A stretch of DNA of 64,000 nucleotides, from assembly GCA_964628555.1 (NCBI GenBank), contig CAZVMD010000003.1:264-64263 (forward strand), written 5' to 3'. A program made the position numbers and the translations under genes. The notes beneath the pieces were generated by a model, which saw nothing but the letters and a program-made list of their open reading frames with translations, ran no database searches and was not told the origin of the DNA. How positions within the stretch are numbered: position 1 is the first letter of the stretch; each line of letters begins with the position of its first letter. The stretch comes from an uncultured Myxococcales bacterium (GTDB taxonomy: Bacteria; Myxococcota_A; Polyangia; Palsa-1104; JAEUJZ01). Of this stretch, positions 1 to 8,658 are shown piece by piece.

Positions 1-1130
1 ATGAGGACGGTGACGTGGTGCGTGCCCCAGTGATCGCGGCCGGTGGTGCCCAGCTTTTTGAGGGTGCGACCGAACACGTTCATGGCCATAAACAGCACCT
101 GATCGCGCAGGCCGAGGTCGGTCAGCTTCTGCATCAGGAAGGCGATGCCGGTCTTGCGCGGCATGCCCGCTCCGTCGAGCGGTGCGACCGAGGCCGAGGT
201 CTGATTGGCCTCGTTCTGCAGGTTGTTGTCGGTGTGGTTGTCACCGCCAAACGGCAGGTGCAGCGACACCACCGGCGCGACCTTCATCGCCACCAGTGAG
301 GCGGCAGCGATGATCTGGCCCTCGGGGGTGTCGTTGACGATCGAGCTTAGGTTGTCGAGCAGGTTCTGCGCGATCGAGCGCACCTGGGTCTGCGAGGTCG
401 CCAGGCGATCGAGGTAGGCCTTCTGCGCCGTGTTGCCCGTCTCTTTGAACAGCGCGTTGAGGCGGTTGAGATCCTGATCGCGCATCGACTGCAGGGTGGT
501 CAGCGGCCCGGCTGCCGACAGCAGCGTGTCGCGCAGGGCGCGCGGTGCCAGCTTGGGCAGGTTGCGACCCTCGAACGACAGGAACTCGCCGGGACCCGAG
601 GCGCCGACGACGACTGGCTCGCGCTGGATGGTGCCCAGGCACGGGGCTAGCTGCTTGGCCAGGTACGACACCAGCATCTCTTGCCGCGGCAGCGCACCCA
701 TCAAGCGCTGCACCTTGTTCTGGTTGGTGTGGCTGTTGTTCTGCGTCGAGTGATGGACAAAGGCGATACGACCAGACAGGGCGATCTTGGGATCGGTCGA
801 GTTGATCAGGTCGGCCCAGCACTTGGCCATCTTGATGCTCTTGCCGCCGAGGGTGGCGGTGGCCATTGCGTAGTCGGGGAACATGGCGGCCGGCGGGTGC
901 GCGATGTCGGCGAAGTCATAGGTGCCAGGCATGTTGGCGTTCATCGGATCGCCAGAGTCCGACGTGCTCATGATGATGAACTGGGCCTTGCTGGAGTCGA
1001 GCGAACAGGTGTCGGCTCGCAGCGGATTTGCGAGGAAGGCCACCGGCAGTCCAGTGGCCAAGGCGCGCAGTCCGAGATAGCTACTCCCGAACAGCGCAGA
1101 GAGAAGGGCATCTCTTCTAGTTAAGCTCAT
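1..1130 (-). CDS. DUF1552/DUF1501-type protein with twin-arginine-like signal (3' end runs off the window)
   Basis: Absent from the supplied track because it leaves the window. My reverse-strand reading from the ATG (complement of 1128-1130) gives MSLTRRDALLSALFGSSYLGLRALATGLPVAF... through ...MAMNVFGRTLKKLGTTGRDHWGTHHVTVL without a stop. The N-terminus is T-R-R-D-A-L, Tat-like. G/C is strongly preferred at codon position 3. It starts 20 bp after the stop of 1151-3145. The family call is by eye. Confidence 0.6.
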   Translation of the reverse strand, partial: MSLTRRDALLSALFGSSYLGLRALATGLPVAFLANPLRADTCSLDSSKAQFIIMSTSDSGDPMNANMPGTYDFADIAHPPAAMFPDYAMATATLGGKSIKMAKCWADLINSTDPKIALSGRIAFVHHSTQNNSHTNQNKVQRLMGALPRQEMLVSYLAKQLAPCLGTIQREPVVVGASGPGEFLSFEGRNLPKLAPRALRDTLLSAAGPLTTLQSMRDQDLNRLNALFKETGNTAQKAYLDRLATSQTQVRSIAQNLLDNLSSIVNDTPEGQIIAAASLVAMKVAPVVSLHLPFGGDNHTDNNLQNEANQTSASVAPLDGAGMPRKTGIAFLMQKLTDLGLRDQVLFMAMNVFGRTLKKLGTTGRDHWGTHHVTVL

Positions 1131-1150
1131 GGTTCGGCTCCTTCTGCGAC

Positions 1151-3145
1151 TTAGAGTCCGGAAGACACGCTGGTCGGCGAGCTGCAGGCCAGCACAAAGG
1201 TCGACTTCAAGGCATCGCGCGCCGTGATGGTGGCGGTCTTGCTCGCGGCCTCGTAGTGCTCGACGAGGATGCTGCGGGCTGCCGAATAACGAGCATCGGC
1301 GAGCGGCAGGCCCATCACCGTCTTGACCATGTCGTCGATCGCCGGCTGCGGCATGGTGCTGCTGTAGCGCGGCGTGCCGGGCGTCTTGTCGACCACTTCA
1401 TCGGCCAGCCGACGACAGATGTTTTCGACGCTGGCGCGGAAGAACAGGTTGGGATCGCGCGAGACGACGGGCGACTCGGCCCCGCGGCTGTACGAGGCGG
1501 CTGGGATCGACAGCGACAGGCTGGCCAGCGTGGTCTGCAGCGGCGTCAGAGCCGAGATGGTGTTGATGGCACAGGCATCGTTGATGCCCAGGCGCGACGA
1601 GATCGCGCTGCAGAAGTGCTCCTGGCGCTGGATGGTCACCGGCGCTTCGGTCTCGGTGAAGGTCTTGGTCGATGCCGCCAAGGTCACCAGCGGCGACGAG
1701 AACAGCTCGCGAATCAGCGTCCGGAAGTTGAAGTTGCTGTTCTTAAACGCGGTGGCGACGCGCTGAAACTCGGGATCGTCTTCCAGACACGGAGCCGAGT
1801 TGGCGTAATAGCAGAGCTTCTGCGTCCAGGCGCCCGGCAAGCGCGCATGCTGCGCCAGGTTGGTCGCCAGGTCGGTGATGCCGCCGCTTAGGTTCATGAT
1901 CAGCGTGTCGTCAAACGCAAAGGCGCCGGCCAGCGCCTTCTGCGCCGCATCGGTCTGCTGGCTGCCGTAGAAGCTGTAGGTCTGACGGAACAGCTGCCGC
2001 ATCGGATCCAGCGACAAGTGGCACGAGAAGCAGATGGTGCCGGGCTTGACGTGATCGACGGGATCGGTGTCGGTGTCGATCGAGGGGATGTTGTTGTTGA
2101 TGGTGTCGTCGAAGCTCTTGTTCAGCGCGACGATCATCGTCTGGTTGATGGTCACGCGGTGCTGGTTCGACGGGTTGGTCGGCCAGTTGGCGAAGAAGGC
2201 CGGCGTGGTCATGTAGCCGACGCGCGGCGTGGTGACGACTAGCTCGCTGCCCGAGCGCAGCTTGTCGATGTCGAAGAACACGGTCGGCTGCTCGCTGCCG
2301 CTCGGCGTGCGGATGGTCACCAGCTTCCAGTTGTCCCAGTCAGCCTGGGTAAACTGCGACGTGATGCCGGCTGGGTTGCAGTTGCGCAGGCGGCCGTGCA
2401 TGTAGTCATAGATCAGCGAGACCGCCGTCTGTCCCGTCGGGACATAGGGGTCAGCCATGCAGCCCGTTCCGCCCGTGTTGGTGGTCATCGCCGTCTTGAA
2501 CTTGAGGTAGTTCGGGCTGGCTGGATTGACCGAGTCGGCGTAGCTCGTGGCGGCCACGCTAGAGCCAAACGAGGCTGTAAACGCGGCGCTCGGCGCCAAG
2601 CGATTGCTGCGCTGGCCCTTGTCGTTGAAGTTCCAGGTGTCAGCAAAGGCGATGTACGCCATAAGCGGCGCGTTGAGCATGAAGCGGTTGCTGGTGATGA
2701 CGTCGGTCCAGGGGCGACCTTCCTTCATCAGCTGCAGGGCGGTGCGGGCGAAGCTCTCGCGCGCGGACTTGACGAACAGGTTCTGCGTCGCGGCGGTGAA
2801 GCTAAAGCCGCTCGGCAGCTGATCGGAAAAGCTAGCGATCGAGATCTGCGTCTGCTGAAACGCCTGCTGGAAGAACGCGAGGAGCTTGGCCTCGGCTTCC
2901 GGCGTGCTCAGCCAGGTGTCGATGAGCTCGGCGAGCTTGTTCGGATCGGCCTGTACCGCCTGGAGCTCAGCATCGGTGAGGGCCTGCCCGGTGAGCAGGT
3001 TCTTGACCTTGGCGGTGTACGCCTCAGGCGCAAAGGGTTCGAAGGGAGGGCCTGCCGGGGTCTGCGGACTGCCAGAGCAGGCCAAAAACAGCGCTGCTCC
3101 CACTCCCAGATCTCGGGCCCGGCTCGGCCAGCGGAATCTAAGCAT
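1151..3145 (-). CDS. DUF1585/DUF1588/DUF1592-type secreted protein with a single CxxCH motif
   Basis: 664-aa ORF with a lipoprotein-like N-terminus (LFLACSG) and a CxxCH motif (GTICFSCHLSLDP). It has blocks resembling this domain set (NRFMLNAPLMAYI, GYMTTPAFFANWPTNPSNQHRV). It lies directly upstream of the usual DUF1552-type partner. Confidence 0.6.
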   Translation of the reverse strand: MLRFRWPSRARDLGVGAALFLACSGSPQTPAGPPFEPFAPEAYTAKVKNLLTGQALTDAELQAVQADPNKLAELIDTWLSTPEAEAKLLAFFQQAFQQTQISIASFSDQLPSGFSFTAATQNLFVKSARESFARTALQLMKEGRPWTDVITSNRFMLNAPLMAYIAFADTWNFNDKGQRSNRLAPSAAFTASFGSSVAATSYADSVNPASPNYLKFKTAMTTNTGGTGCMADPYVPTGQTAVSLIYDYMHGRLRNCNPAGITSQFTQADWDNWKLVTIRTPSGSEQPTVFFDIDKLRSGSELVVTTPRVGYMTTPAFFANWPTNPSNQHRVTINQTMIVALNKSFDDTINNNIPSIDTDTDPVDHVKPGTICFSCHLSLDPMRQLFRQTYSFYGSQQTDAAQKALAGAFAFDDTLIMNLSGGITDLATNLAQHARLPGAWTQKLCYYANSAPCLEDDPEFQRVATAFKNSNFNFRTLIRELFSSPLVTLAASTKTFTETEAPVTIQRQEHFCSAISSRLGINDACAINTISALTPLQTTLASLSLSIPAASYSRGAESPVVSRDPNLFFRASVENICRRLADEVVDKTPGTPRYSSTMPQPAIDDMVKTVMGLPLADARYSAARSILVEHYEAASKTATITARDALKSTFVLACSSPTSVSSGL

Positions 3146-3367
3146 CTCAGCCTCCTATGAATCGGGCGCGGCGGGGCGGCTCAGACCTTCCGGCTGCAGG
3201 CGGCATTGCCTGCGTCTGCAGGCGCAAGAAACGTCCTGCACCCGCTGCAGCGGAGAGCGCCCCCCCAGCGGTCCCGCAAATAAAGGAGCTGTCATTATCG
3301 CACGCAGCGCGAGGCCGTAGCATGCCCTTGGCGAGTCGCTGTATGCTCCTCGCTCTGCGAGGACGAG

Positions 3368-3814
3368 ATGCAGCCATCGAATGATGATGCCGGCGCGACC
3401 GCGGCTCCTTCACGCCACCTGTACTTTGATGATCGCGCCGCGGTGAGCTGGTATCGCCGCCTAGAGCCGGCCCTGGCCGAGGCAGCGGTGCGCGGTCAGC
3501 GGCTGCTGGTAGTGGTCGGGCGGCGCGACTGCGGTGGGACGCGGGCCCTCATCGAAAAGATCTTTCCCAAGCAGGAGATCACTGAGGAGCTGCGGGCCGG
3601 CTTTGTCTGTGTCTGTGCCGACGTCGGCGATGTCGAGCCGGCGGTTCGCAGCCTGATGGCCCAGGCGCCGCGGCCCGAGCCGACCCCGCTCTGCCTGTAC
3701 ACGGATGCGGCCGGAGCTCTACTGCACTCGACGGTGGGGGGACGGCCAGCCGCGGTCTTTTTGCGCGATCTCACCGAGGCGCAGGCGCGAAAGAGCCCGG
3801 CGCAAGCACGGTGA
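3368..3814 (+). CDS. hypothetical protein, possible thioredoxin-like fold
   Basis: 148-aa ORF with coding-like composition. The segment LLVVVGRRDCGGTRALIEKIFP...FVCVCADVGD resembles thioredoxin-fold (DUF255-like) proteins but has no CxxC. Function is not supported. Confidence 0.5.
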   Translation: MQPSNDDAGATAAPSRHLYFDDRAAVSWYRRLEPALAEAAVRGQRLLVVVGRRDCGGTRALIEKIFPKQEITEELRAGFVCVCADVGDVEPAVRSLMAQAPRPEPTPLCLYTDAAGALLHSTVGGRPAAVFLRDLTEAQARKSPAQAR

Positions 3815-3826
3815 AGAGGAGGAGCC

Positions 3827-4570
3827 ATGAGAGAGCGGATGCGTTTTCAATCGATGCTGCGTTGGCTGGGGCTGTCGCTGGGCTCGCTGGGCCTGCTGGG
3901 GTTTTGCGCGTGTCTGGGACCGGTGATGATAAACGGCAAGCCGACGCCGCGGCTGAACCTGGAGTACCAAGGTCAGCCCTACGCGCTGCGTCACTTGAAC
4001 GCCCACCCGCAGCCCGGCGGAGCGTCGAGCGGGGTTAAGGAGCAGGGCGGCCGCATCACCGGCGTTATCTGCGGCAGCGATGTCGATGTGAACATCACGC
4101 ACGCCGGCGATCACGTCGAGCTGTACGGGATGGTCGAAAATCAGCACCAGACGACGCTGCAGATCGCGCAGACCCAGGGCTTCCACACCATCACCGGCAG
4201 CATCGCTTTTCGCGAGGTCCGGCTGGAGCTGTACGGCGATCGTCTGCGTGGCTTCATCGGTCGCTGCCCGGTCGAGATGGTGCAAGAGGGCGATGCGCTG
4301 ACCGATACCGTGGTCTCAAGTGGGCAGCCGATGCGGCGAACGCTCAGCGGCCTGGATGCGCTGTGGAAGCTGCCGGCGGCGCCGCAGGCGCTGATCCTGC
4401 CGATGGTGGTCAGCTGCCTGATCGAAAAGACGTTTGAAAACCTCGGCCGCGATACGCCACCGCTTGGCTTTGGTGGCGCCATGAGCTCACAGCCACTGGG
4501 TACGCTGCGCCTGGCCACTACCAGAGATCGTGACTGCGGCGGCTCATGGGTGGCGCGACCAGGCCGATAG
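3827..4570 (+). CDS. hypothetical secreted/lipoprotein-like protein
   Basis: 247-aa ORF with a hydrophobic signal-like N-terminus (LGLSLGSLGLLGFCACLG). It starts 13 bp after the preceding gene. I recognise no family. Confidence 0.55.
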   Translation: MRERMRFQSMLRWLGLSLGSLGLLGFCACLGPVMINGKPTPRLNLEYQGQPYALRHLNAHPQPGGASSGVKEQGGRITGVICGSDVDVNITHAGDHVELYGMVENQHQTTLQIAQTQGFHTITGSIAFREVRLELYGDRLRGFIGRCPVEMVQEGDALTDTVVSSGQPMRRTLSGLDALWKLPAAPQALILPMVVSCLIEKTFENLGRDTPPLGFGGAMSSQPLGTLRLATTRDRDCGGSWVARPGR

Positions 4571-4602
4571 GCGTTGATTCGCGTCGCTAGGCGCTCTCCA
4601 GA

Positions 4603-5349
4603 TTACAGCTTGGTGATCGTCGTGCTCAGGTTGTAGCGACGGAAGATCTCGCCGCGCAGGGCCTGGCCTTGCTCGGCAGCGACAAAGTCACCAAGCTGGA
4701 CGCGCAGCTCGCGGCCGCCGCCGCTTAGCTGCGAGCGCGGCAGCTCGATCAGCGTCGCCTTGTAGCCGGCTTGGCGCAGGCGCTTCACCAGATCTTCGGC
4801 GTCGCCGCGCTTTCCGATCGGCGTGCTGCGCAGGGTGTAGTGCGGCAGGTTGCCCCGGCTGCCGCTGTCGCGCGGACGATCGGCGGCGTCGCGGGCCTCG
4901 CGTGGGCGATCGCTGGCCTCGCTCCGTCCGGCTGCTCCACCGGCCCGGCTGGCGCCTTCGCGGCCGGCCTGATCGCGCAGCACGCGAGGGAACGTCAGCT
5001 CTTCCTCGGCGTTCGCCAGCTGGTCGAGCACGGTCAGCGGATCGGTCGCGGCCTGCGCAGCGGCCCGCGCCACGGCTCGCTGCTCGACGCGTCGGCCGAC
5101 AAAGACGCCCAGGGCAAAGATCAGGCAGGCGGCGATGGCGGTGCCGACAAAGACAAAGAACAGCTGTCGTCCGTCGAGGGTCGTGGCTGGGCGGTCGGCT
5201 TCCGCAGCTGCTCTGGGCCGGGCTGGCTCGCGACGACGTCCGGCACTCGGCTCGCTCTCCGCCTGCGTCGCGGTGGCGGGTGGGACGGCGTGCGTCACCG
5301 CCTCGTCTTCGTCGCCAGCGGGGGTGTGGTCGAGCGCTACCGCGGACAT
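4603..5349 (-). CDS. SPOR domain membrane protein
   Basis: 248 aa with one TM segment (LFFVFVGTAIAACLIFALGVFVG). The C-terminal SPOR-like segment is YTLRSTPIGKRGDAEDLVKRLRQAGYKATLIE...LRVQLGDFVAAEQGQALRGEI. Confidence 0.75.
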   Translation of the reverse strand: MSAVALDHTPAGDEDEAVTHAVPPATATQAESEPSAGRRREPARPRAAAEADRPATTLDGRQLFFVFVGTAIAACLIFALGVFVGRRVEQRAVARAAAQAATDPLTVLDQLANAEEELTFPRVLRDQAGREGASRAGGAAGRSEASDRPREARDAADRPRDSGSRGNLPHYTLRSTPIGKRGDAEDLVKRLRQAGYKATLIELPRSQLSGGGRELRVQLGDFVAAEQGQALRGEIFRRYNLSTTITKL

Positions 5350-5501
5350 GGCTGCTCCATCGCCGTCGGCGCCGTCCCGTCCTGCGCCAGGCCCGTGGTG
5401 CGTCCCCGCTGTGATGTCAGAAGCTCGGCCAGCATATCCACGGCAGTATCACGCGCCTCAGACGGCAGCAATTTTTTGCCGGGCCTCCGGCCGAGCCAGC
5501 C

Positions 5502-6107
5502 TCAGAGCAAGCGGATGGGGTAGCGAGCGCTGCCGAGGACCAAGCTCAGGCGGCCGCGCGGCGGGCCATCATAGCGCTCGTCGTCGCTGTCGCGCTCGTC
5601 GCTGCGCTGGTAGGCCGCATCGCTGTCGTCGTCGTCCTCTTCTTCCACGTGCTCGGCCAGGGCGAAGTAGCAGGGGCGCGAGAAGCGAGCCGGCAGGCTG
5701 CGGCCCTTGACCAGGCACACAAAGCCGCGGCGCGGCTCATAACGCAGTGTGTCGAAGGCCAGATCTTCCTCGCTGCCATCGCTGAGGCGCAGGCGGACGC
5801 GCAGCGGCTCGGCCGTGCCTTCGTCCCCGCTGAAGCGCACCTGGGTCACCCAGTAGGGCACGTCGATCACCACCAGGGGGTAGCTAAAGGGCGGCACGAC
5901 CAGCAGATAGCTGCCGCCCGGCGTGCGCTGGATCGAGCGATGGAACAGCTCGCAGATGCGTGGATCGTCGAGCAGCTCGCCCTCGTGCCAGAAGTTGCCC
6001 TCGCTGTCCAAGGTGATGCGCTCGAACTTCTGGCCGCGGCGCAGCGCGTCTTTGATCGGCTCAGGGATCGTGGGGTCGAGCAGCCAGGTCGCTTCGGGCT
6101 CGGTCAT
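5502..6107 (-). CDS. DUF1285-like protein
   Basis: 201 aa. The pattern FWHEGELLDDPRICELFHRSIQRTPGGSYLLVVPPFSYPLVVIDVPYWV matches what I recall of DUF1285. It has an acidic C-terminal tail. Confidence 0.55.
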   Translation of the reverse strand: MTEPEATWLLDPTIPEPIKDALRRGQKFERITLDSEGNFWHEGELLDDPRICELFHRSIQRTPGGSYLLVVPPFSYPLVVIDVPYWVTQVRFSGDEGTAEPLRVRLRLSDGSEEDLAFDTLRYEPRRGFVCLVKGRSLPARFSRPCYFALAEHVEEEDDDDSDAAYQRSDERDSDDERYDGPPRGRLSLVLGSARYPIRLL

Positions 6108-6435
6108 GCAGGCATTCTATGAGATTTCCGCCCTCGCCCCCCACCTCCGTCGAGCGTCGTCGGGTCGGCAGGTGGTCGGCCGGGGCGCCAGCGCCAGTGG
6201 CTGGATGGCCGGAGAAAGCAGCCAAAGCGAGCTCGGCGTATTTCGCTGCGGAGTCCACCACTTGCCGCCCCGAGCGAAAAAAATCGGCGGCACAGGCGGC
6301 GTCACAGCGACGGAGCTCCATAATTGTCTGGGCGACTTGAAGGGAGTCCGGGTAGCGCATCGCCCTACCAGCAGCAATATTGACGCGTTGCGGCATCGGA
6401 TTTCTTAACGCAATCGCATATATGGAGGATGACGT

Positions 6436-7908
6436 ATGAATACCCCTTCTCGCTTGGTTGCTCGCTCGACGGCAGGCCGCTTGTGGGCGTCGGCCTGGAT
6501 CTTCTCTGCCGGCTTGCTGGCGCTGGGCGCAAGCTGTGGCTCGGGCAGCACCCCCGATCCCAACCCGATGAACATGCTGCCAGCCTCGCAGCCGACGCTT
6601 AGCCAGGTCCTGCCCGAGCTCGGGCCGCTGGCCGGTGGCACGACGGTGTCGGTGTTCGGCAGCGACTTTCGCCAGGGCGCCCAGGTGAAGTTTGGCGGTC
6701 AGCCGGCCAGCAGCGTGGTCGTCAAGTCGAACGTCGAGATCAGCGTCACCATCCCGGCCTGGAGCGGGGCGATCGGGCCGGTCGATGTCAGCGTCGAAAA
6801 CAGCGACGGTGGGCGAGCCAGCGCGGCCGAGCTGTTTTCCTATGTGCGGACGGTGCTGCAGTTTGACCCGACCATCCTGCGTACGGTCGGCAAGAGCCCG
6901 ATGGCGCTCGCTGCCGCGGATGTCAACGGCGACGGCGGCAACGAGCTCCTGGTGGCCAACAATGGCGACGGCACCCTGTCTGTCCTGCTCAACAACCTGG
7001 ACTTCAACCAGAACAACACCCCCTATGCCACCCCGGCTCTGCCGACGGCGATTGCGCTTGGCGATCTGAACGGGGATAGCCGCACCGATGTCGTGCTGGG
7101 CCACGGCAATGCCAGCGCGCAGGATGTCAGCGTGCTGCGCGGCCTGGGCAATGGCGCGTTCATGCCAGCCGACAGCTTTTCCGTCGGCGGCACGGTGGCC
7201 GGCATCGCTGTGCGAGACCTCAATGGCGACGGCAAGCCCGATGTCGCGGCGACGGTGCGAAGCACCAACAAGCTGGTCGTGATGAACAACAACGGCGCCT
7301 CGCCTAGCGTCGGCTTCGTCATGCCGTACACCAACATCAGCGTCAGCGGCGAGCCAGCGGCGGTGCTGTTTGCCGACTTGAACAAGGACAGCCGCGACGA
7401 TGCGGTCATGACCCAGTACGGGGCGCAGTCGATCGCCGTGCTGCTGGCGGCGAGCAGCGGCGGGACGCTGGTCACCCCGCCCAATGTCTCTGGCGTCGGC
7501 CTGCGACCGATCGGGCTGGCCGCGGCCGAGGTCACGGGCGACAGCAACCTCGACGTCGTGGTCGCCAACTTCGATGGCAACTCGCTGAGCGTGCTGCGCG
7601 GCCAGGGCGATGGCAGCTTTAGCTCGGTGAGCACGGTCGCTGCCGCCGAGAAGCCCACTGCCGTCGCGGTGGCTGACATGAACAGCGATAGCAAGCCCGA
7701 CCTCATCGTCTGCAACTCGGGACGCAACCAGGTGTGGATCCTGCTCGGTCGCGGCGACGGCACGTTCGATCCGCCGCAGAAGCTGATCACCGGCGCGCAG
7801 CCCTGGGCGATGGTGGTCGGCAACCTCAACCGCGACAGCAAGCCCGACGTTGCGGTGACCAACCTTGTCGATGGCACGGTGTCGATCTTCATTAACCGCA
7901 CCAGCTAA
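6436..7908 (+). CDS. secreted IPT/TIG plus FG-GAP/VCBS repeat protein
   Basis: 490 aa with a GGAGGA Shine-Dalgarno 7 nt upstream and a signal peptide. The IPT-like segment is LSQVLPELGPLAGGTTVSVFGSDFRQGAQVKFGG. It carries at least 6 repeats of the D(L/V/M)NGD(G/S)xxD(V/L) FG-GAP type. Confidence 0.85.
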   Translation: MNTPSRLVARSTAGRLWASAWIFSAGLLALGASCGSGSTPDPNPMNMLPASQPTLSQVLPELGPLAGGTTVSVFGSDFRQGAQVKFGGQPASSVVVKSNVEISVTIPAWSGAIGPVDVSVENSDGGRASAAELFSYVRTVLQFDPTILRTVGKSPMALAAADVNGDGGNELLVANNGDGTLSVLLNNLDFNQNNTPYATPALPTAIALGDLNGDSRTDVVLGHGNASAQDVSVLRGLGNGAFMPADSFSVGGTVAGIAVRDLNGDGKPDVAATVRSTNKLVVMNNNGASPSVGFVMPYTNISVSGEPAAVLFADLNKDSRDDAVMTQYGAQSIAVLLAASSGGTLVTPPNVSGVGLRPIGLAAAEVTGDSNLDVVVANFDGNSLSVLRGQGDGSFSSVSTVAAAEKPTAVAVADMNSDSKPDLIVCNSGRNQVWILLGRGDGTFDPPQKLITGAQPWAMVVGNLNRDSKPDVAVTNLVDGTVSIFINRTS

Positions 7909-8644
7909 CTTCTGGCACACTGCCGACGCCGAATCGCCAAGCGAGGTCGTCGTGCACAGTCGCCCCCAGTCCCCCCCGCTGTCCATCCAGATCGTTCCCG
8001 CCGAGCAGCTAGCTGAGCTTCGCCGCGCCGCTGCTGACTATGTGGCGCGGGCTACCGGCTGTGCGCTCGACGGCAGCGAAGAGTCGCTGGCCTATGTCGA
8101 TCACTATCTGGATCGCCTGCGCGCCGATCCGCCGCGCCGTCCCGAGGCCCTGCGCTTGGTGGCGTTTGCGCTGGGCACCTACCTGGGCGACCTGGCGATC
8201 GCGCGGTTTGGCGGCCGCTGGCTGGCGCTGCCGGCGGCTGCGAGCGCGGGCGATGCTGCCGAGGCGACGAGCGATCCCAGCCTGGCGCCGCTGGCTTGGC
8301 GCGTCGATCTGGACGCGGCCCCGCTGCGCTTCGATCCCATCGGCATGGCGCAAAGCGCGTTCTCCGATCTGGTGGCGACTGACGATGCCGAGCTTGCGGG
8401 CCTCGAAGCCGACGACGGCATCAGCCTACGTCCGGGGGCTCGCTCGCTGCAGGCGGCGCTGCACGACGCACTGGCTCGGCTGGCTCCGGTCAGCGCCGAC
8501 TACTACTACTCGTTCACCGGCCGCTTTGAGACGCTGGCGCACATCGTCGAGCTGACCGTCGAGCTGCAGGGACAGGCCGCGGCCAGAAGTGCCGACGCCG
8601 ATGCGGCGGCCGACGCCAGTGCCGATCGGCCGCTTGTGCACTAG
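7865..8644 (+). CDS. hypothetical protein
   Basis: 259-aa ORF with coding-like composition. The true start is probably downstream (for example the in-frame GTG near 7949), because 7865-7908 overlaps the FG-GAP gene. No family recognised. Confidence 0.5.
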   Translation: MSMARCRSSLTAPANFWHTADAESPSEVVVHSRPQSPPLSIQIVPAEQLAELRRAAADYVARATGCALDGSEESLAYVDHYLDRLRADPPRRPEALRLVAFALGTYLGDLAIARFGGRWLALPAAASAGDAAEATSDPSLAPLAWRVDLDAAPLRFDPIGMAQSAFSDLVATDDAELAGLEADDGISLRPGARSLQAALHDALARLAPVSADYYYSFTGRFETLAHIVELTVELQGQAAARSADADAAADASADRPLVH

Positions 8645-8658
8645 CGGTCAAAAGGGCG

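Noticed and set aside
6061-7986. 641-aa minus-strand ORF covering the FG-GAP gene region
   Set aside because: It is antisense to a gene with clear IPT and FG-GAP repeat motifs. The translation is dominated by R/A/G/D/H with almost no K/F/Y/N and has no recognisable motif. This is a typical high-GC shadow ORF.
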